DNA of 64,000 nt from Gemmatimonadales bacterium. Its GTDB lineage: Bacteria; Gemmatimonadota; Gemmatimonadetes; Gemmatimonadales; GWC2-71-9. This document shows positions 1 through 11,105 of the stretch, in pieces (position 1 is the first letter of the stretch; each line of letters opens with the position of its first letter). A model generated the notes under the pieces. That model made no database searches and was not told the origin of the DNA. It saw nothing but the letters and a program-made list of their open reading frames with translations. The DNA lies in contig JBDIWC010000018.1 of the NCBI GenBank assembly GCA_039794085.1, forward strand, positions 8,909 to 72,908, in the 5' to 3' direction. The translations under genes and the position numbers were made by a program.

Positions 1-1671
1 CTGATCGGGGTGCGCGCCGCCCTCGACCTGATCCTCGCCGGGAAGAGCGAACGCGCCGCCAAGGCATTTCGGATCGGTCTCGTGGACGAGCTGGTCCACC
101 CGGCCCAGCTTCGGGACCTGGCGGTTCGGGCCGCCGACCGCCTGGCCCGCTCGGGTCCCGTCCGGCGGGGGGGACGAGGGGGCGTGGCCGGCTGGTTTCT
201 CGACCGGACTCGCCTGGGCCGGTGGATCGTCTACCGGCAGGCGGAACGGCAGGTGCGGCGCCGGACCGGCGGCCACTACCCCGCGCCTCTCGCGGCGATC
301 ACCGCAATCCGAACCGGGATGGAACGGGGCATGCGGGACGGACTCCGGGTCGAGGCACGGGAGTTCGGACGACTGGCCGTGTCGGAGGTCTCCCGTGAAC
401 TGGTGCGGATCTTCTTCGCCACCACCTCGCTCAAGAAGGACGACGGGGTCCCCCCGGGCACCGGAACACCCCGCACGGTCACGCGTCTCGGCGTGGTGGG
501 AGCCGGATTCATGGGAGCGGGAATCGCGGGGACGGCGGTGACCACAGCCGGCGTGGAGGTCCGCCTCAAGGATGCCGATCTTTCCCGGGTGGGGAAGGGG
601 ATGCATGCTGCGTTGGAGCAGGTCAACAAGAGAATGGCGCGGCGCCGCATCACCCGTCACGAGCACATGCGGCTCACCGCCCTCGTCAGCGGGGCGGCGG
701 ACTTTGGCGGCTTCGCCAACATGGATCTGGTGATCGAGGCGGTCTTCGAGGATCTCGAGGTCAAACGGGGTGTGGTCGCCGATCTCGAGGCGGTGCTCGG
801 GACCGGCGCCCTGATCGCCACCAACACGTCCACGATCCCGATCGGCCGCATCGCGGAGGGCGCGCGCCACCCCGAACGCATCCTGGGCATGCACTTCTTT
901 TCCCCGGTGGACCGGATGCCGTTGCTGGAGGTGATTCCCGGACCGGACACCGGACCCGATGCGATCGTCACCGCGGTGCGGTTCGGACGCCGGATGGGAA
1001 AGACCGTGATCGTCGTGGCCGACCACCCCGGGTTCTGGGTCAACCGGATCCTGTCGCCCTACCTCAACGAAGCGGGGCACCTGCTCGCCGAGGGAGTGCG
1101 CATCGAGCAGATGGACCGGGTGATGACCGCGTGGGGGTTTCCGGTCGGGCCGATGACGCTGCTGGACGAGGTGGGATTCGATGTGGGGCTGAAGGCGGGA
1201 GCCGTGATGCACGACGCGTTCGGGGCGCGCCTGGCTCCGTCTCCGATTCTGGAGCGGCTGGTGGCCGACGGGAGACTGGGGCGGAAGAATGGCCGGGGTC
1301 TGTATCGCTATTCCCGGGGGAAGAAGGCCGGGGTGGACGATTCGGCCTATCGGGTGCTGGGTGTCTCTCCGCGGGCATCGGCGGACCCGCGGCGGGTGGA
1401 GGAGCGCCTGCTCTATCTGATGCTCAACGAAGCGGCCCTCGCCTGCGCCGAGGGAGTGGTCCGGTCCCCCCGCGACGGAGATGTCGGCGCGATCTTCGGG
1501 ATCGGGTTTCCGCCCTTCCGGGGCGGGCCTCTCCGGCTCATCGACACGCTGGGAGCGGCGCGCATCGTGGAGGCACTCGACCGTCTCGCCGAGGCGCACG
1601 GCCCCCGGTTCACGCCGTGCGATTCGCTCCGGGACATGGCCCGAACCAACACCCGCTTCTACCCGGAGTAG
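1..1671 (+). CDS. fadJ: Fatty acid oxidation complex alpha subunit (enoyl-CoA hydratase/3-hydroxyacyl-CoA dehydrogenase), 5'-truncated by window edge
   Basis: HYPAP motif, [13 protein letters not shown]-binding motif, [50 protein letters not shown]. Confidence 0.92.
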   Translation: MIGVRAALDLILAGKSERAAKAFRIGLVDELVHPAQLRDLAVRAADRLARSGPVRRGGRGGVAGWFLDRTRLGRWIVYRQAERQVRRRTGGHYPAPLAAITAIRTGMERGMRDGLRVEAREFGRLAVSEVSRELVRIFFATTSLKKDDGVPPGTGTPRTVTRLGVVGAGFMGAGIAGTAVTTAGVEVRLKDADLSRVGKGMHAALEQVNKRMARRRITRHEHMRLTALVSGAADFGGFANMDLVIEAVFEDLEVKRGVVADLEAVLGTGALIATNTSTIPIGRIAEGARHPERILGMHFFSPVDRMPLLEVIPGPDTGPDAIVTAVRFGRRMGKTVIVVADHPGFWVNRILSPYLNEAGHLLAEGVRIEQMDRVMTAWGFPVGPMTLLDEVGFDVGLKAGAVMHDAFGARLAPSPILERLVADGRLGRKNGRGLYRYSRGKKAGVDDSAYRVLGVSPRASADPRRVEERLLYLMLNEAALACAEGVVRSPRDGDVGAIFGIGFPPFRGGPLRLIDTLGAARIVEALDRLAEAHGPRFTPCDSLRDMARTNTRFYPE

Positions 1672-4600
1672 GACACCTCGATCACGGGAGCCGGCGCGGT
1701 CCGGAGGGAACCGGGAGGTGCCCACCGGTCGAGCAGGCGTCGCAGATCGTCCAGCCGGATCGGTTTGGAGACATAATCATCCATGCCCGCCTCCAGGCAC
1801 CTCTCCCGGTCCCCTGTCATGGCGTTGGCGGTCATCGCGATGATCGGGATGCGGGAGTCTTCTCCCTCCTCCCGCTGCCGGATCAAACCGGTCGCCTCAT
1901 ATCCGTCCATCTCCGGCATCTGGCAGTCCATCACCACGAGGTCATAGGGGAATCCACGCACCATGGAGACGGCCTCGACCCCGTTGGCCGCCACGTCGGT
2001 ATGGCATCCCAGCTTCTGAAACATGCGGACCGCCACCCGCTGGTTGACGATGTTGTCCTCCACCACCAGCACCCGGGCCCCGGGAGAAACTGGCTCCGCG
2101 GGAACCAGGGACGGAGGGGAGGACGGGATCACCGATTCGTCGGGAGGGGTTTCCGCCAGGCTGTGACGGGTGATGAGATCTCCCGTCCGTCCCGTCCGTC
2201 GCCGCAGGCGGATTTCCAGCAACGCATCGACGAGGGTCGAGGTCCGGACCGGACGGCTGAGGTACGCGGAGAACCCCGCCGCATGGAACATGGCGGCGTC
2301 TCCGCGCCGGCCACTCTGGGCCAGCACCACGAGAGAGGGTCTCCCGAAACGGGGGTCGGTGCCGATGGTGCGCGCCAGCCCCCGTGCGTCCAGATCGGGA
2401 AGCGAGGAGGAGAGGAAGGCGATCTGGAACGGCGAGGGACTGCGACAGGCCACCGCGAGCCGGTCGAGAGCGGCCGTGCCGGTGGCCACGGTGTCGACCT
2501 GGAGGCCCCACGACTCGAGCTGCTCCGCCAGCACATCGCGATAGATGGCCCGGTGTTCGACGATGAGCACCCGGGTTCCCGCCAGTGCGTCGGGGGTGTG
2601 CACCGGTGGGGCATCCTGCTGCACCGGCAGGCGGAAGGTGGCCCAGAAGGTCGAACCCTCGCCCACCACGCTCTCCACTCCCATGTCCCCCCCCATCAGG
2701 TGCGTGAGGTTGCGACTGATGGCGAGGCCGAGGCCGGTGCCGCCGAACCGGCGGGTGGTGGAGGAGTCGGCCTGGGTGAAATGGGTGAACAGGAGCGCCT
2801 GCCCCTCCGGGGCGATCCCGATCCCCGTGTCCCGCACCGCCAGCCGGATCAGGGAACCCCGGGAATCGTGCTCCAGCTCCTCGACGTCCACCAGGACATG
2901 CCCCGAGGCGGTGAACTTGATCGCATTGGACAGGAGATTGGTCAGGATCTGGCGGATCCGTCCTGGATCCCCCACCACATGCTGGGGGGTGCCCGGGGCG
3001 TAGCGCAGGGTGCAGGCGAGCCCCTTCTCGTGGGCCTGGACCGCGAGCAGATCGAGCACATCCTCGGCGGCCGACCGCAGATCGAACGGCAGCACCTCGA
3101 AGGAGAGCTTCCCCGCCTCCATCTTGGAAAAGTCGAGGATGTCGTTGAGGATGGTGAGCAGACTCTCCGCCGATTGCTTGATCGTTCCGACATACTCCCG
3201 CTGGGCCGGCGTCAGGCCCGTGTCCATGAGGAGGCCGGCCATGCCGAGAACCCCGTTCATCGGTGTGCGGATTTCGTGGCTCATGTTGGCCAGGAACTCG
3301 CTCTTGCTGCGGGCGGCTCCCTCGGCCCGCTCCCGGGCCTCCGCGGCCTCGGCCGAGGCGCGCTCGAGTTCCCGTGCCGACTGTTCAAGGGCGGTTTTTG
3401 AGGATTCGAGGGTGTGAAGGTGTTTCCGCCGTTCGGCTTCAAGGCCCACATGGGTCGTGACATCCTCCATCGTGCCGATGAAGCTCGGCGGGAACCCGGG
3501 TCCGGTGAGCGTCCGGGCCCGCACGCGCACATGCATGACGTCACCGGCGGGAAGGACCAGTCGGAAGGTTTCGTCGAAGTTCCCCTGCTGTCCTGCGGTG
3601 AATCGGGACCACGAGTGCAGGACGTCGTGCGCATCGGCGGGATGGACCGCGCGCTGCCAGCCCGACCCGCGCGCCTCGTCCGCCGAGAGTCCGGTCATCC
3701 GGCTCCACTCGGCGTTGGTGTACCGGCAATCGCCGGAGGCATCCGCAACGAAGATCCCGAGGGGAAGCGCCTCCTGGATGGTGAGGAGCCGCTCCTCGCT
3801 TTGCTGTACCGCAAGTTCCGCGCGGCGGCGCTCGCCGATCTCCTCGTGCATCGTGTCCAGGGCCACGTTCATGACCGTGGCGAGACGGGTCAATTCGTCG
3901 GTGCCGGTCACGGGGAGGCGCAGGTCCCACTCGCCGCGTGCGATCCGCTGAGCCGTCGGCATCAGATCAAAGAGGGATTCCCGCAGGCGGCGGGCCAGAC
4001 GGGCAAAAACCCAGACCAGCATCACCAGGAGAGGCCCCACAACCGTCGCAAGGAGGAGGAAGCACCAGCGGACCAGCGTCATGCTCCGGTCAATGGCGGC
4101 TTCCCCTCGCCGGGTCACCAGATCGTCGAAACGGGTCAACCGGTCGCTGAGCCGCGACTTGAGGAGGGTGAAATCGTCGTCTGCCACGAGGCTGACGGCA
4201 CGACCCCTGTCCGGAGGCCCGGTGCGGGTAAAGGCGCCTGTGCTGTCGGGAAAGAGACCCTGGGCGGCCCGCACTGCTTCGGTTTCCGTGCGGGCCAACT
4301 CGGTCGCAGTGGCCCACGTATCCATCAGTACGTGGCGCTCCTCAAGAGGGAGTGCCTTGACCAGAGCGCCTCGGCCTCCGAGATCCCGATCGCTTCCAGA
4401 AAGAAACCCCGCGACCACCGTGTCGAATTCACTGCTCCAGCGTGAATCCTGCGTCCGGATCCAGGCCCGGGTCAACCGGGTTAGTTCCTCCGACACGTGG
4501 AAGAGATGATCCGACACCCGCAGGGCAGCGGCCATCTCACCGCGCGTCCGGACAATGGTATTCCGGTTGGCGGAGAGAATGGCGAGGCCGCCCGCGAGGA

Positions 4601-4685
4601 GCCCGATGACAACAACCATGCCGGCGATGCCGGCGCGGATGAGCCACCGGACGGTCGGGCGCGGAGAGAGAGCCTTCATCGACAA
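1659..4685 (-). CDS. Membrane hybrid sensor histidine kinase (HAMP-PAS-HisKA-HATPase-REC-REC)
   Basis: Two TM segments, [16 protein letters not shown]-box, [26 protein letters not shown], degenerate first REC, canonical C-terminal REC ([10 protein letters not shown]). Confidence 0.93.
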   Translation of the reverse strand: MSMKALSPRPTVRWLIRAGIAGMVVVIGLLAGGLAILSANRNTIVRTRGEMAAALRVSDHLFHVSEELTRLTRAWIRTQDSRWSSEFDTVVAGFLSGSDRDLGGRGALVKALPLEERHVLMDTWATATELARTETEAVRAAQGLFPDSTGAFTRTGPPDRGRAVSLVADDDFTLLKSRLSDRLTRFDDLVTRRGEAAIDRSMTLVRWCFLLLATVVGPLLVMLVWVFARLARRLRESLFDLMPTAQRIARGEWDLRLPVTGTDELTRLATVMNVALDTMHEEIGERRRAELAVQQSEERLLTIQEALPLGIFVADASGDCRYTNAEWSRMTGLSADEARGSGWQRAVHPADAHDVLHSWSRFTAGQQGNFDETFRLVLPAGDVMHVRVRARTLTGPGFPPSFIGTMEDVTTHVGLEAERRKHLHTLESSKTALEQSARELERASAEAAEARERAEGAARSKSEFLANMSHEIRTPMNGVLGMAGLLMDTGLTPAQREYVGTIKQSAESLLTILNDILDFSKMEAGKLSFEVLPFDLRSAAEDVLDLLAVQAHEKGLACTLRYAPGTPQHVVGDPGRIRQILTNLLSNAIKFTASGHVLVDVEELEHDSRGSLIRLAVRDTGIGIAPEGQALLFTHFTQADSSTTRRFGGTGLGLAISRNLTHLMGGDMGVESVVGEGSTFWATFRLPVQQDAPPVHTPDALAGTRVLIVEHRAIYRDVLAEQLESWGLQVDTVATGTAALDRLAVACRSPSPFQIAFLSSSLPDLDARGLARTIGTDPRFGRPSLVVLAQSGRRGDAAMFHAAGFSAYLSRPVRTSTLVDALLEIRLRRRTGRTGDLITRHSLAETPPDESVIPSSPPSLVPAEPVSPGARVLVVEDNIVNQRVAVRMFQKLGCHTDVAANGVEAVSMVRGFPYDLVVMDCQMPEMDGYEATGLIRQREEGEDSRIPIIAMTANAMTGDRERCLEAGMDDYVSKPIRLDDLRRLLDRWAPPGSLRTAPAPVIEVSYSG

Positions 4686-4845
4686 CCTCGGTGCCTGGCC
4701 CTCCCGGGGGAGGGCGGAATGGGTGATACCGTCAGTGTCGGCTGGTCTCCGGGGATCTTGAGAAGTTTGAAGTTCGAAGGGAGCTGGTGTCTGACTGGGG
4801 GCATCATAGGGCTATCAGCCGGGGTCAGGTCTTGTTTTCATGTAT

Positions 4846-4863
4846 TTGTGAAATATTTCACAA
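4846..4863. promoter_or_regulatory. Perfect palindromic operator TTGTGAAATATTTCACAA (Rex-type or CRP/FNR-type)
   Basis: 18-bp perfect AT-rich palindrome about 160 bp upstream of the hybrid kinase; fits TTGTGAA-N4-TTCACAA and TGTGA-N6-TCACA. Confidence 0.6.
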
Positions 4864-4870
4864 AGTGTCG

Positions 4871-5065
4871 TGCCCTTCAGGGCCTGTCGCGCGGAGCGCG
4901 CCGAGCCCCGCTTTCAAGCGGGGACTACAGGGCTCACGCGAAGACGCGAAGACGCGAAGACGCGAAGAAAAACGGAGATTCATGAAGAAGTTGCGAGATG
5001 GTCAGGGGGGACTGCCCTTCAGGGCCTGTCGCGCGAAGCGCGCCGAGCCCGGCTTTCAAGCCGGG
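4871..5065. repeat. Direct repeat of a ~52-bp hairpin-containing unit (4871-4923 and 5013-5065) flanking an (ACGCGAAG)x4 array
   Basis: TGCCCTTCAGGGCCTGTCGCGCG-AGCGCGCCGAGCCC-GCTTTCAAGC-GGG occurs twice. Confidence 0.85.
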
Positions 5066-5155
5066 AAATCACTGGGCTCGCGAGATTGCGTCGTCGGCTG
5101 CGCCTCCTCGCAACGACGGCTTCCAGTCACAAACGGTCACCTCCACCCGGAGCTC

Positions 5156-5206
5156 GGGCGACGCATGCGTCGCCCCTACACCTACTCCCTACTCCCTACT
5201 CCCTAC
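5156..5206 (-). repeat. GTAG-type REP palindrome plus (GGGAGTA)n heptamer array
   Basis: Minus strand reads GTAGGGGCGACGCATGCGTCGCCC; near-identical composite at 26686-26741. Confidence 0.8.
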
Positions 5207-6438
5207 CTCAGCCCCCGCGCCACCTCTTCCAGCAAGGCTGGCGTGGACTGCATCACCGGCACATGGGCCAGATCCTTGCGCAAGCTAGCCGCACGCTCCA
5301 GCTCTTCGGGGGTGAGGAGGAGTTCCTCACGCCGAGTCCCGCTGGCGGCCAGGTCCATGGCGGGGTAGATCCGGCGCTCCGCGAGCCCGCGATTGAGCAC
5401 CACCTCGCTGTTGCCCGTCCCCTTGAACTCCTCGAAGATGACCTGGTCGAGCCGGGAGCCGGTGTCGATCAGCGCCGTGGCGATGATCGTCAGCGAGCCG
5501 CCGCCGGTCTGCGGGTCCACTGCCCGGGCGCTTCCGAAGAACCGCTTGGGCGCCTCCATCGCCTCGGCGTCGAGACCGCCCGACAGGGTGCGGCCCGATC
5601 CCCGTTCCGTGGTGTTGTATGCCCGGGCCAGGCGGGTGAGAGAGTCGAGCACCAGCACCACGTTCCCCCCGCATTCGACCTCGCGGCGCGCCCTTTCCAG
5701 CGTCATTTCCGCCAGCATTGTGTGCTGTTCGGGGGGGGAATCGAAGCTGGACGCGATGACCTCCCCCACGCCGACCGTCTCCATGTCGGTTACTTCTTCC
5801 GGGCGTTCGTCCACCAGGAGGATGAAGAGGCGGGTGTCGGGGTAGTTGGCGGCCACGCCGGAGGCGATCGACTGGAGGATGGTGGTCTTCCCCGCCTTGG
5901 CCGGTGCCACGATGAGGGTGCGTTGGCCCCAGCCCACCGGCGCAAAGAGATCGATGGCGCGATTGATCATCCGGAAGGGCTTGGGGAGCGACTCATGATC
6001 TAGGCGCATCCGTTCCCGCGGGGCCACGGCGCGAAGCTTGGTGAAGTCGGGGCGCCTCTCGATGGCGGAGGGGTCCCGCCCGTTCACGGTCAGCACCTCG
6101 GTCACGACCCTCCCCTGCCGCCCTCCTCCCCCGTTTCCACCGCCGTTGGAACGACCCCGTCCCTGTCTTCCCCGCCCGCGGTTCCTCCGTCCCCGACCCG
6201 CCCGGCCGTTGCCGTCCGCACCGCCCGGTTCGGATGGGGAAGGCGGTCCCCCGATCTTCCCGGTCACTTCGTCGCCGGCCCGGAGTCCGAGGCGCCGGAT
6301 CAAGGCACCCGGAATGACCGGGTCGGATGGAGTCGGGAGATACCCCGCTTCCCGGGTCCGCAACACACCATCGCCACTGTTTCCCCGCGATCCGAACGCC
6401 AGCCATCCCTGGACTGCATTGCCTTCTTGAGTGGTCAC
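5203..6438 (-). CDS. rho: Transcription termination factor Rho, atypical (no N-terminal helical bundle, Gly/Arg-rich insert)
   Basis: IDLFAPVGWGQRTLIVAPAKAGKT, LVDERPEEVTDM, LDSLTRLARAYN, GRTLSGG, IFEEFKGTGNSE, SGTRREELL; GTG start at 6438 inferred. Confidence 0.9.
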   Translation of the reverse strand: MTTQEGNAVQGWLAFGSRGNSGDGVLRTREAGYLPTPSDPVIPGALIRRLGLRAGDEVTGKIGGPPSPSEPGGADGNGRAGRGRRNRGRGRQGRGRSNGGGNGGGGRQGRVVTEVLTVNGRDPSAIERRPDFTKLRAVAPRERMRLDHESLPKPFRMINRAIDLFAPVGWGQRTLIVAPAKAGKTTILQSIASGVAANYPDTRLFILLVDERPEEVTDMETVGVGEVIASSFDSPPEQHTMLAEMTLERARREVECGGNVVLVLDSLTRLARAYNTTERGSGRTLSGGLDAEAMEAPKRFFGSARAVDPQTGGGSLTIIATALIDTGSRLDQVIFEEFKGTGNSEVVLNRGLAERRIYPAMDLAASGTRREELLLTPEELERAASLRKDLAHVPVMQSTPALLEEVARGLR

Positions 6439-6519
6439 CGACAGACTTCCTTTCTCCGTTGTTTCACGATGGGGCGCGCAGTGCGCCCGGTTCCCATCCC
6501 GTACCGTGGAGGATGTTTG

Positions 6520-8085
6520 ATGCGCTCTCTGGTTCCGCTCTGTGCCCTCGTGGCCGGCCTCGCACCCGCCCCCGCCGTGGCCCAGACTCTCCCGGTCGAG
6601 AGTCCGGTCCTGCGCCGGATCTGGGAGGTGGGAATGCAATCCTCCCAGGTCGACCCCCTGATCCAGACCCTCACCGATTCGATCGGTCCCCGGCTCACCG
6701 GCACGCCGGGGATGGAACGGGGCCAGGCCTGGCTTCAAGCCATGTACCGCCAGTGGGGCATCCCCGCCCGGGTCGAGCAGTATGGCACCTGGCTGGGCTG
6801 GCGACGCGGCACGACCCATGTGGACCTGATCGCTCCCCGAGTCCGCTCCCTGGAGGGCATGATGCTCGCCTGGAGCGCCGGCACCGGGGGCCGTCCGGTT
6901 CAGGGGGCCGTGGTGCTCCTCCCCGATCTTCCCGACTCGGCGGCCTACGCTGCATGGCTCCCGACGGTTCGCGGCAAGTTCGTGGCCCTCAGTGCTCCCG
7001 AGCCCACCTGCCGCCCCGAGGGAAATCTCCGGGAGTTCGGGCGACCGGAAACGGTAACGGCTCTCCTCGACCAGCGGACCCGCATCCGGAACGACTGGAC
7101 CGGCCGCGCCACCCGCACCGGATTCAACGCACGCACCCTCCCGGTCCGCCTGGAAACCGCCGGTGCGGCGGGGGTGATCACGTCGCTCTGGTCCGGAGGA
7201 TGGGGTACCACGCGCATCTTCCAGGCCCGGACCACCCGGGTTCCCACCGTGGAGCTCAGCTGTGAGGACTACGGCCTGGTGACGCGACTCGCCGATCGGG
7301 GCCAGGCCCCCACGATCCGGGTCACCGCCGATGCCGAGTTTCTGGGGGACGTCCCCGTCTACAACGTCATCGGGGAGATCCGCGGTTCCGAGCGTCCCGA
7401 CGAGTATGTCATGCTCTCGGCCCACTTCGATTCGTGGGATGGCTCCAGTGGCGCCACGGACAACGGAACCGGCACGGTGACGATGCTCGAAGCGATGCGT
7501 ATCCTCCGAGAGGTCTACCCAGCGCCCCGACGGACCATTCTGGTCGGGCACTGGAGTGGAGAAGAGCAGGGGCTCAACGGCTCACGAGCCTTCGCCGAGG
7601 ACCACCCCGAGGTGGTGCGCGGACTCCAGGCGCTCTTCAATCAGGACAACGGGACCGGTCGCGTCGTCAACATGTCGGCGTCCGGTTTGGCCGGCGCCGC
7701 GCCCCGGATTGCCGGGTGGGTCAGCCGACTGCCCACAGAACTCTCGCAGCAGATCAATCTGTCCCTGCCCGGCGGGCCCGCGGGAGGAGGATCGGACCAC
7801 GCGGCGTTCGTCTGCCACGGTGCCCCAGGGTTTTCGCTCGGTGCGCTGGGCTGGGACTATGGAAGTTACACCTGGCACACCAATCGCGACACCTACGACA
7901 AGGTGATCCTGGATGAATTGAAATCGAATGCCACCCTGACCGCAATGCTTGTCTACATGGCGAGCGAGGAGCCGGGGGAGACCTCCCGGGTCCAGCGCGT
8001 GGTGCCACCCACCCGTTCGGGGGCCCCCGGGACATGGCCCGCCTGCCAGAAACCGGCCCGGTCCTTCGCCGAATCGACCCGCTGA
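6520..8085 (+). CDS. Secreted M28 family metallopeptidase (carboxypeptidase Q-like)
   Basis: Signal peptide, IGPRLTGT, SAHFDSWD, GATDNGTG, GEEQGLNGS, SDH, WHTNRDT; GGAGGA RBS. Confidence 0.9.
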   Translation: MRSLVPLCALVAGLAPAPAVAQTLPVESPVLRRIWEVGMQSSQVDPLIQTLTDSIGPRLTGTPGMERGQAWLQAMYRQWGIPARVEQYGTWLGWRRGTTHVDLIAPRVRSLEGMMLAWSAGTGGRPVQGAVVLLPDLPDSAAYAAWLPTVRGKFVALSAPEPTCRPEGNLREFGRPETVTALLDQRTRIRNDWTGRATRTGFNARTLPVRLETAGAAGVITSLWSGGWGTTRIFQARTTRVPTVELSCEDYGLVTRLADRGQAPTIRVTADAEFLGDVPVYNVIGEIRGSERPDEYVMLSAHFDSWDGSSGATDNGTGTVTMLEAMRILREVYPAPRRTILVGHWSGEEQGLNGSRAFAEDHPEVVRGLQALFNQDNGTGRVVNMSASGLAGAAPRIAGWVSRLPTELSQQINLSLPGGPAGGGSDHAAFVCHGAPGFSLGALGWDYGSYTWHTNRDTYDKVILDELKSNATLTAMLVYMASEEPGETSRVQRVVPPTRSGAPGTWPACQKPARSFAESTR

Positions 8086-8593
8086 TGGGAGGAGCAAGGA
8101 GCAGGGAGGAGGGAGTGGGGAGAAGGGAGTAGGGAGAAGGGAGTAGGGGAGCGTTTCCCTTGCGTCGTTCCCTTGGCTGTAATTCTGTGGTTCCCGGAGC
8201 GTGGGCGAGTGGGGCATCCTGGTGGGTGCCCCGCTTCGCCCGCAACCCTGCCGATTGTTCCACCGTCAAACATACCGGTTCTTCCGAGTTTCATGCGGGC
8301 CGTGCCATGCGGCGATCGTCACTGAGCCGGGACCCAGAAATGGGTCACGCGGAGACGCGGAGGCGCGGAGATTGAGTCGATGAGATCTACCCTATGGCGT
8401 CGGGAGCAGTGCCGATTGGTGCTGGTGGTGGGTGGGGCCACCTCATTTTTTGGTTCTTCAGGAATTGGCACGGGTTCATGTCCAGCCGGAGTGCCTCACC
8501 TCCCCCAGAGCCAACCAGAAGAAGCAGAAGAAATGGGGGCACTCCCCGCTTGTGCGGCGAGGTGCTCCGGTCGTCCGGCGGGTGGGGAAATGG

Positions 8594-8697
8594 CCACAAG
8601 AGGCACAGAAGACACAAGAGGTACGAGACCCTGCGGAGGAGTGACGAACCGACGGATATCCGCGTCGTACCTTTTGTGGTTTTTGTGCTTTTTGTGG
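8594..8697. repeat. Paired inverted 9-mer triad (CCACAAGAGGCACAGAAGACACAAG ... TTTGTGGTTTTTGTGCTTTTTGTGG)
   Basis: Arms 8594-8626 and 8665-8697 are imperfect reverse complements. Confidence 0.8.
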
Positions 8698-8939
8698 TTG
8701 ACCCTCGGGTGAGGCGGGGTGCTACGCCGGTCAAACGGTTTCAAACGGTGCATTCTGGACAGTGGTTCTCTCGGTGCCACGAGGGCGCACAGAGGTGGTC
8801 CCACGGACTCGTCATCGTTGGCGCCACCAGACTGTTCGGTCTTGGGACGACGAATCCCAGATACGCACACTTTTTCCCCGACACGCACCCATCACCTGTA
8901 CGTCCAAGGTGTTCATTGACAACAGCTTGTGGCGCTGAG

Positions 8940-8955
8940 TGGCGCGCGGCACGCA
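8940..8955 (+). promoter_or_regulatory. Possible sigma54 -24/-12 promoter for the ABC efflux operon
   Basis: TGGCGCGCGGCACGCA (GG-N10-GC) about 55 bp upstream of the adaptor gene; a sigma54 activator is encoded just downstream of the operon; match is imperfect. Confidence 0.3.
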
Positions 8956-9009
8956 ACTTCCTTTATCGGCCCGGTGGCACGGATAGTCTGAACCATCGAG
9001 GAGTGAGCA

Positions 9010-10257
9010 TTGGACATACAGCGCGACCCGCCAAAGAAGACCAAACGCTGGGTCTATCTGGGGGCCGGCATCGGGGTTGTGGTGATCGGGACAGTGATGC
9101 TCGCCCGCCTCGAACCGGCCGCGCCCTCCGTTGACCGTGGCATCCTTTTCGTCGATTCCGTCATGCGGGGGGAGATGGTGCGCGAGGTGCGCGGCCCCGG
9201 CACTCTCGTCCCCGAAAATCTCCGCTTCATCTCGGCGGTCACCGCCGGACGGGTGGAACGGATCCAGCTCCTCCCGGGTGCGGAGGTGGAGGAGAACACC
9301 GTGCTGATGGAACTCAGCAATCCGGATGTCCAGATCCAGGCTCTCAATGCGGAGCGCCAGCTCACCGACGCCCAGGCGGCGGTGGTGACGCTCCGAACCA
9401 ATCTGGAGAATGGCCGACTCAGCCAGGCCTCCCTGGTGGCGGACCTGAAGCAGCAGGCGGCCGATGCCAAGCGCCGGGCTGAAGCGGGGGCGGAGTTGCT
9501 GAAAAAGGGATTAATCATTCCCCTGGACCAGATGCAGGCCCAGGACAAGGCGGAGGCCTTGGAGAGTCGGCTGCGCATCGAGAAGGAGCGACTGGAACTC
9601 CTGTCGTCCACGATCGACAGCCAGCTCAGTGTGCAGCAGGAACAGGTGGAGCGACTCAAGGCAATCACGCGCTTCCAGCAGCAGCAGGTGGTGTCGATGG
9701 TGGTGCGGGCCGGGGCATCGGGTGTGCTGCAGGAGGTCCCGTTGCAGGTGGGGCAGTGGGCCAATCCGGGAGTGGTGCTGGCGCGGATTGTCCCCGTGCC
9801 CCAGCGGCTCAAGGCGGTGTTGCGCATTCCCGAAGTCCAGGCCAAGGACATTCAGATCGGCCAGTCCGCCACCATTGACACCCGCAACGGACTCGCGCCG
9901 GGTCATGTGACCCGGGTGGATCCCTCGGTGATCAATGGAACGGTGACGGTGGACGTGGCGCTCGACGGGGAACCTCCGAGTGGCGCCCGCCCCGATCTGA
10001 GCGTGGACGGGGTGATCGAGATCGAGCGCCTGACGGATGTGTTGTACACCGGTCGTCCCGCGTACGGACAGGCCAACGCCACCGTGGGGATCTTCCGCAT
10101 CGAGCCGGATGGGTCGCACGCCGTGCGCGTCCCGGTGCAGCTCGGCCGGACCTCGGTCAACCACGTCGAGATCCAGAGCGGATTGTCCGTGGGAGACAAG
10201 GTGATTCTCTCCGACATGTCCCGGTGGGATGCCGTGGACCGGGTCCGTCTCAAGTGA
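9010..10257 (+). CDS. HlyD/MacA-like efflux periplasmic adaptor subunit
   Basis: N-terminal TM anchor, barrel-sandwich plus coiled-coil hairpin, VEIQSGLSVGDKVILSD C-terminus; TTG start. Confidence 0.9.
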   Translation: MDIQRDPPKKTKRWVYLGAGIGVVVIGTVMLARLEPAAPSVDRGILFVDSVMRGEMVREVRGPGTLVPENLRFISAVTAGRVERIQLLPGAEVEENTVLMELSNPDVQIQALNAERQLTDAQAAVVTLRTNLENGRLSQASLVADLKQQAADAKRRAEAGAELLKKGLIIPLDQMQAQDKAEALESRLRIEKERLELLSSTIDSQLSVQQEQVERLKAITRFQQQQVVSMVVRAGASGVLQEVPLQVGQWANPGVVLARIVPVPQRLKAVLRIPEVQAKDIQIGQSATIDTRNGLAPGHVTRVDPSVINGTVTVDVALDGEPPSGARPDLSVDGVIEIERLTDVLYTGRPAYGQANATVGIFRIEPDGSHAVRVPVQLGRTSVNHVEIQSGLSVGDKVILSDMSRWDAVDRVRLK

Positions 10258-10323
10258 CCCAACACCCAATACCCAACACCCAGGACCTAGGACCTAGGAC
10301 CTAGGACCCAGGACCCAGCACCC
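10258..10323. repeat. Heptamer tandem arrays (CCCAAYA)n then (AGGACCY)n
   Basis: CCCAACACCCAATACCCAACACCCAGGACCTAGGACCTAGGACCTAGGACCCAGGACCCAG. Confidence 0.85.
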
Positions 10324-10352
10324 GTCATTTGCCACCCCACCCGGAGCTCCCT

Positions 10353-11063
10353 ATGACCACCCCGGACACCCTGATCCGCCTCGAGAGCATGAAGAAGGTG
10401 TTTTACACCGACGAACTGGAAACCCATGCCCTCGCGGACATCCATCTGGAGATCCGGAAAGGGGAGTACATCGCGATCAGCGGTCCCTCGGGCTGCGGCA
10501 AGACCACCCTGCTCTCCATTCTCGGCCTGCTCGACGCGCCGACGAGCGGGACGTACATGCTCGCGGGCCAGCCGGTGTCGAGCCTGACGCCGAGCGAACG
10601 GGCCCGGGTCCGGAACCGGCAGATCGGGTTCATCTTCCAGGCCTTCAACCTGATCGGTGATCTCACGGTGTACGAGAACGTGGAGCTCCCGCTCACCTAT
10701 CGTGGGATGCCCTCGGCGGAACGCGCCCAGCGGGTGCAGAGCGCGCTGGAGAGGGTGGGAATGGCCCACCGGATGAAGCACTATCCCTCCCAGTTGAGCG
10801 GGGGCCAGCAGCAGCGCGTGGCCGTGGCCCGGGCCGTGGCGGGCGATCCCGCCATTCTCCTGGCCGACGAGCCGACCGGAAACCTCGACTCCCAGAACGG
10901 CGAAGCGGTGATGGAGCTGCTGCGCGAGCTGCACCGCGGCGGCGCCACCATCTGCATGGTGACCCACGATCCCCGCTACGCCCGCCACGCCGACCGGGAG
11001 GTCCACCTCTTCGACGGCAAGGTGGTGGAGGAGGATCACCTGGTGGAGGCCCTCGCGAACTGA
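10353..11063 (+). CDS. ABC transporter ATP-binding protein (MacB/LolD type)
   Basis: GPSGCGKTT, LSGGQQQRVAVARA, LADEPTGNLD, VTHD. Confidence 0.95.
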   Translation: MTTPDTLIRLESMKKVFYTDELETHALADIHLEIRKGEYIAISGPSGCGKTTLLSILGLLDAPTSGTYMLAGQPVSSLTPSERARVRNRQIGFIFQAFNLIGDLTVYENVELPLTYRGMPSAERAQRVQSALERVGMAHRMKHYPSQLSGGQQQRVAVARAVAGDPAILLADEPTGNLDSQNGEAVMELLRELHRGGATICMVTHDPRYARHADREVHLFDGKVVEEDHLVEALAN

Positions 11064-11105
11064 GTTCCCGGGGCGTCGACCCCTTCCTGAACGACGGAGG
11101 ACAGC

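Noticed and set aside
1131..3401. Long alternative ORFs (also 10287-13616 -, 27131-30520 -, 32813-34771 +, 38150-40831 -)
   Set aside because: Antisense or off-frame shadows of well-supported genes, typical of high-GC DNA; no recognisable motifs.
6439..7551. N-terminal 371-aa extension of the 782-aa Rho ORF
   Set aside because: Antisense shadow of the M28 peptidase gene; Rho similarity starts near 6438.
8160..9000. Small ORFs in repeat-rich intergenic regions (also 13060-14481 -, 36971-37229, 53572-54498 -)
   Set aside because: Translations are low-complexity products of the repeat arrays, with no RBS or motif support.
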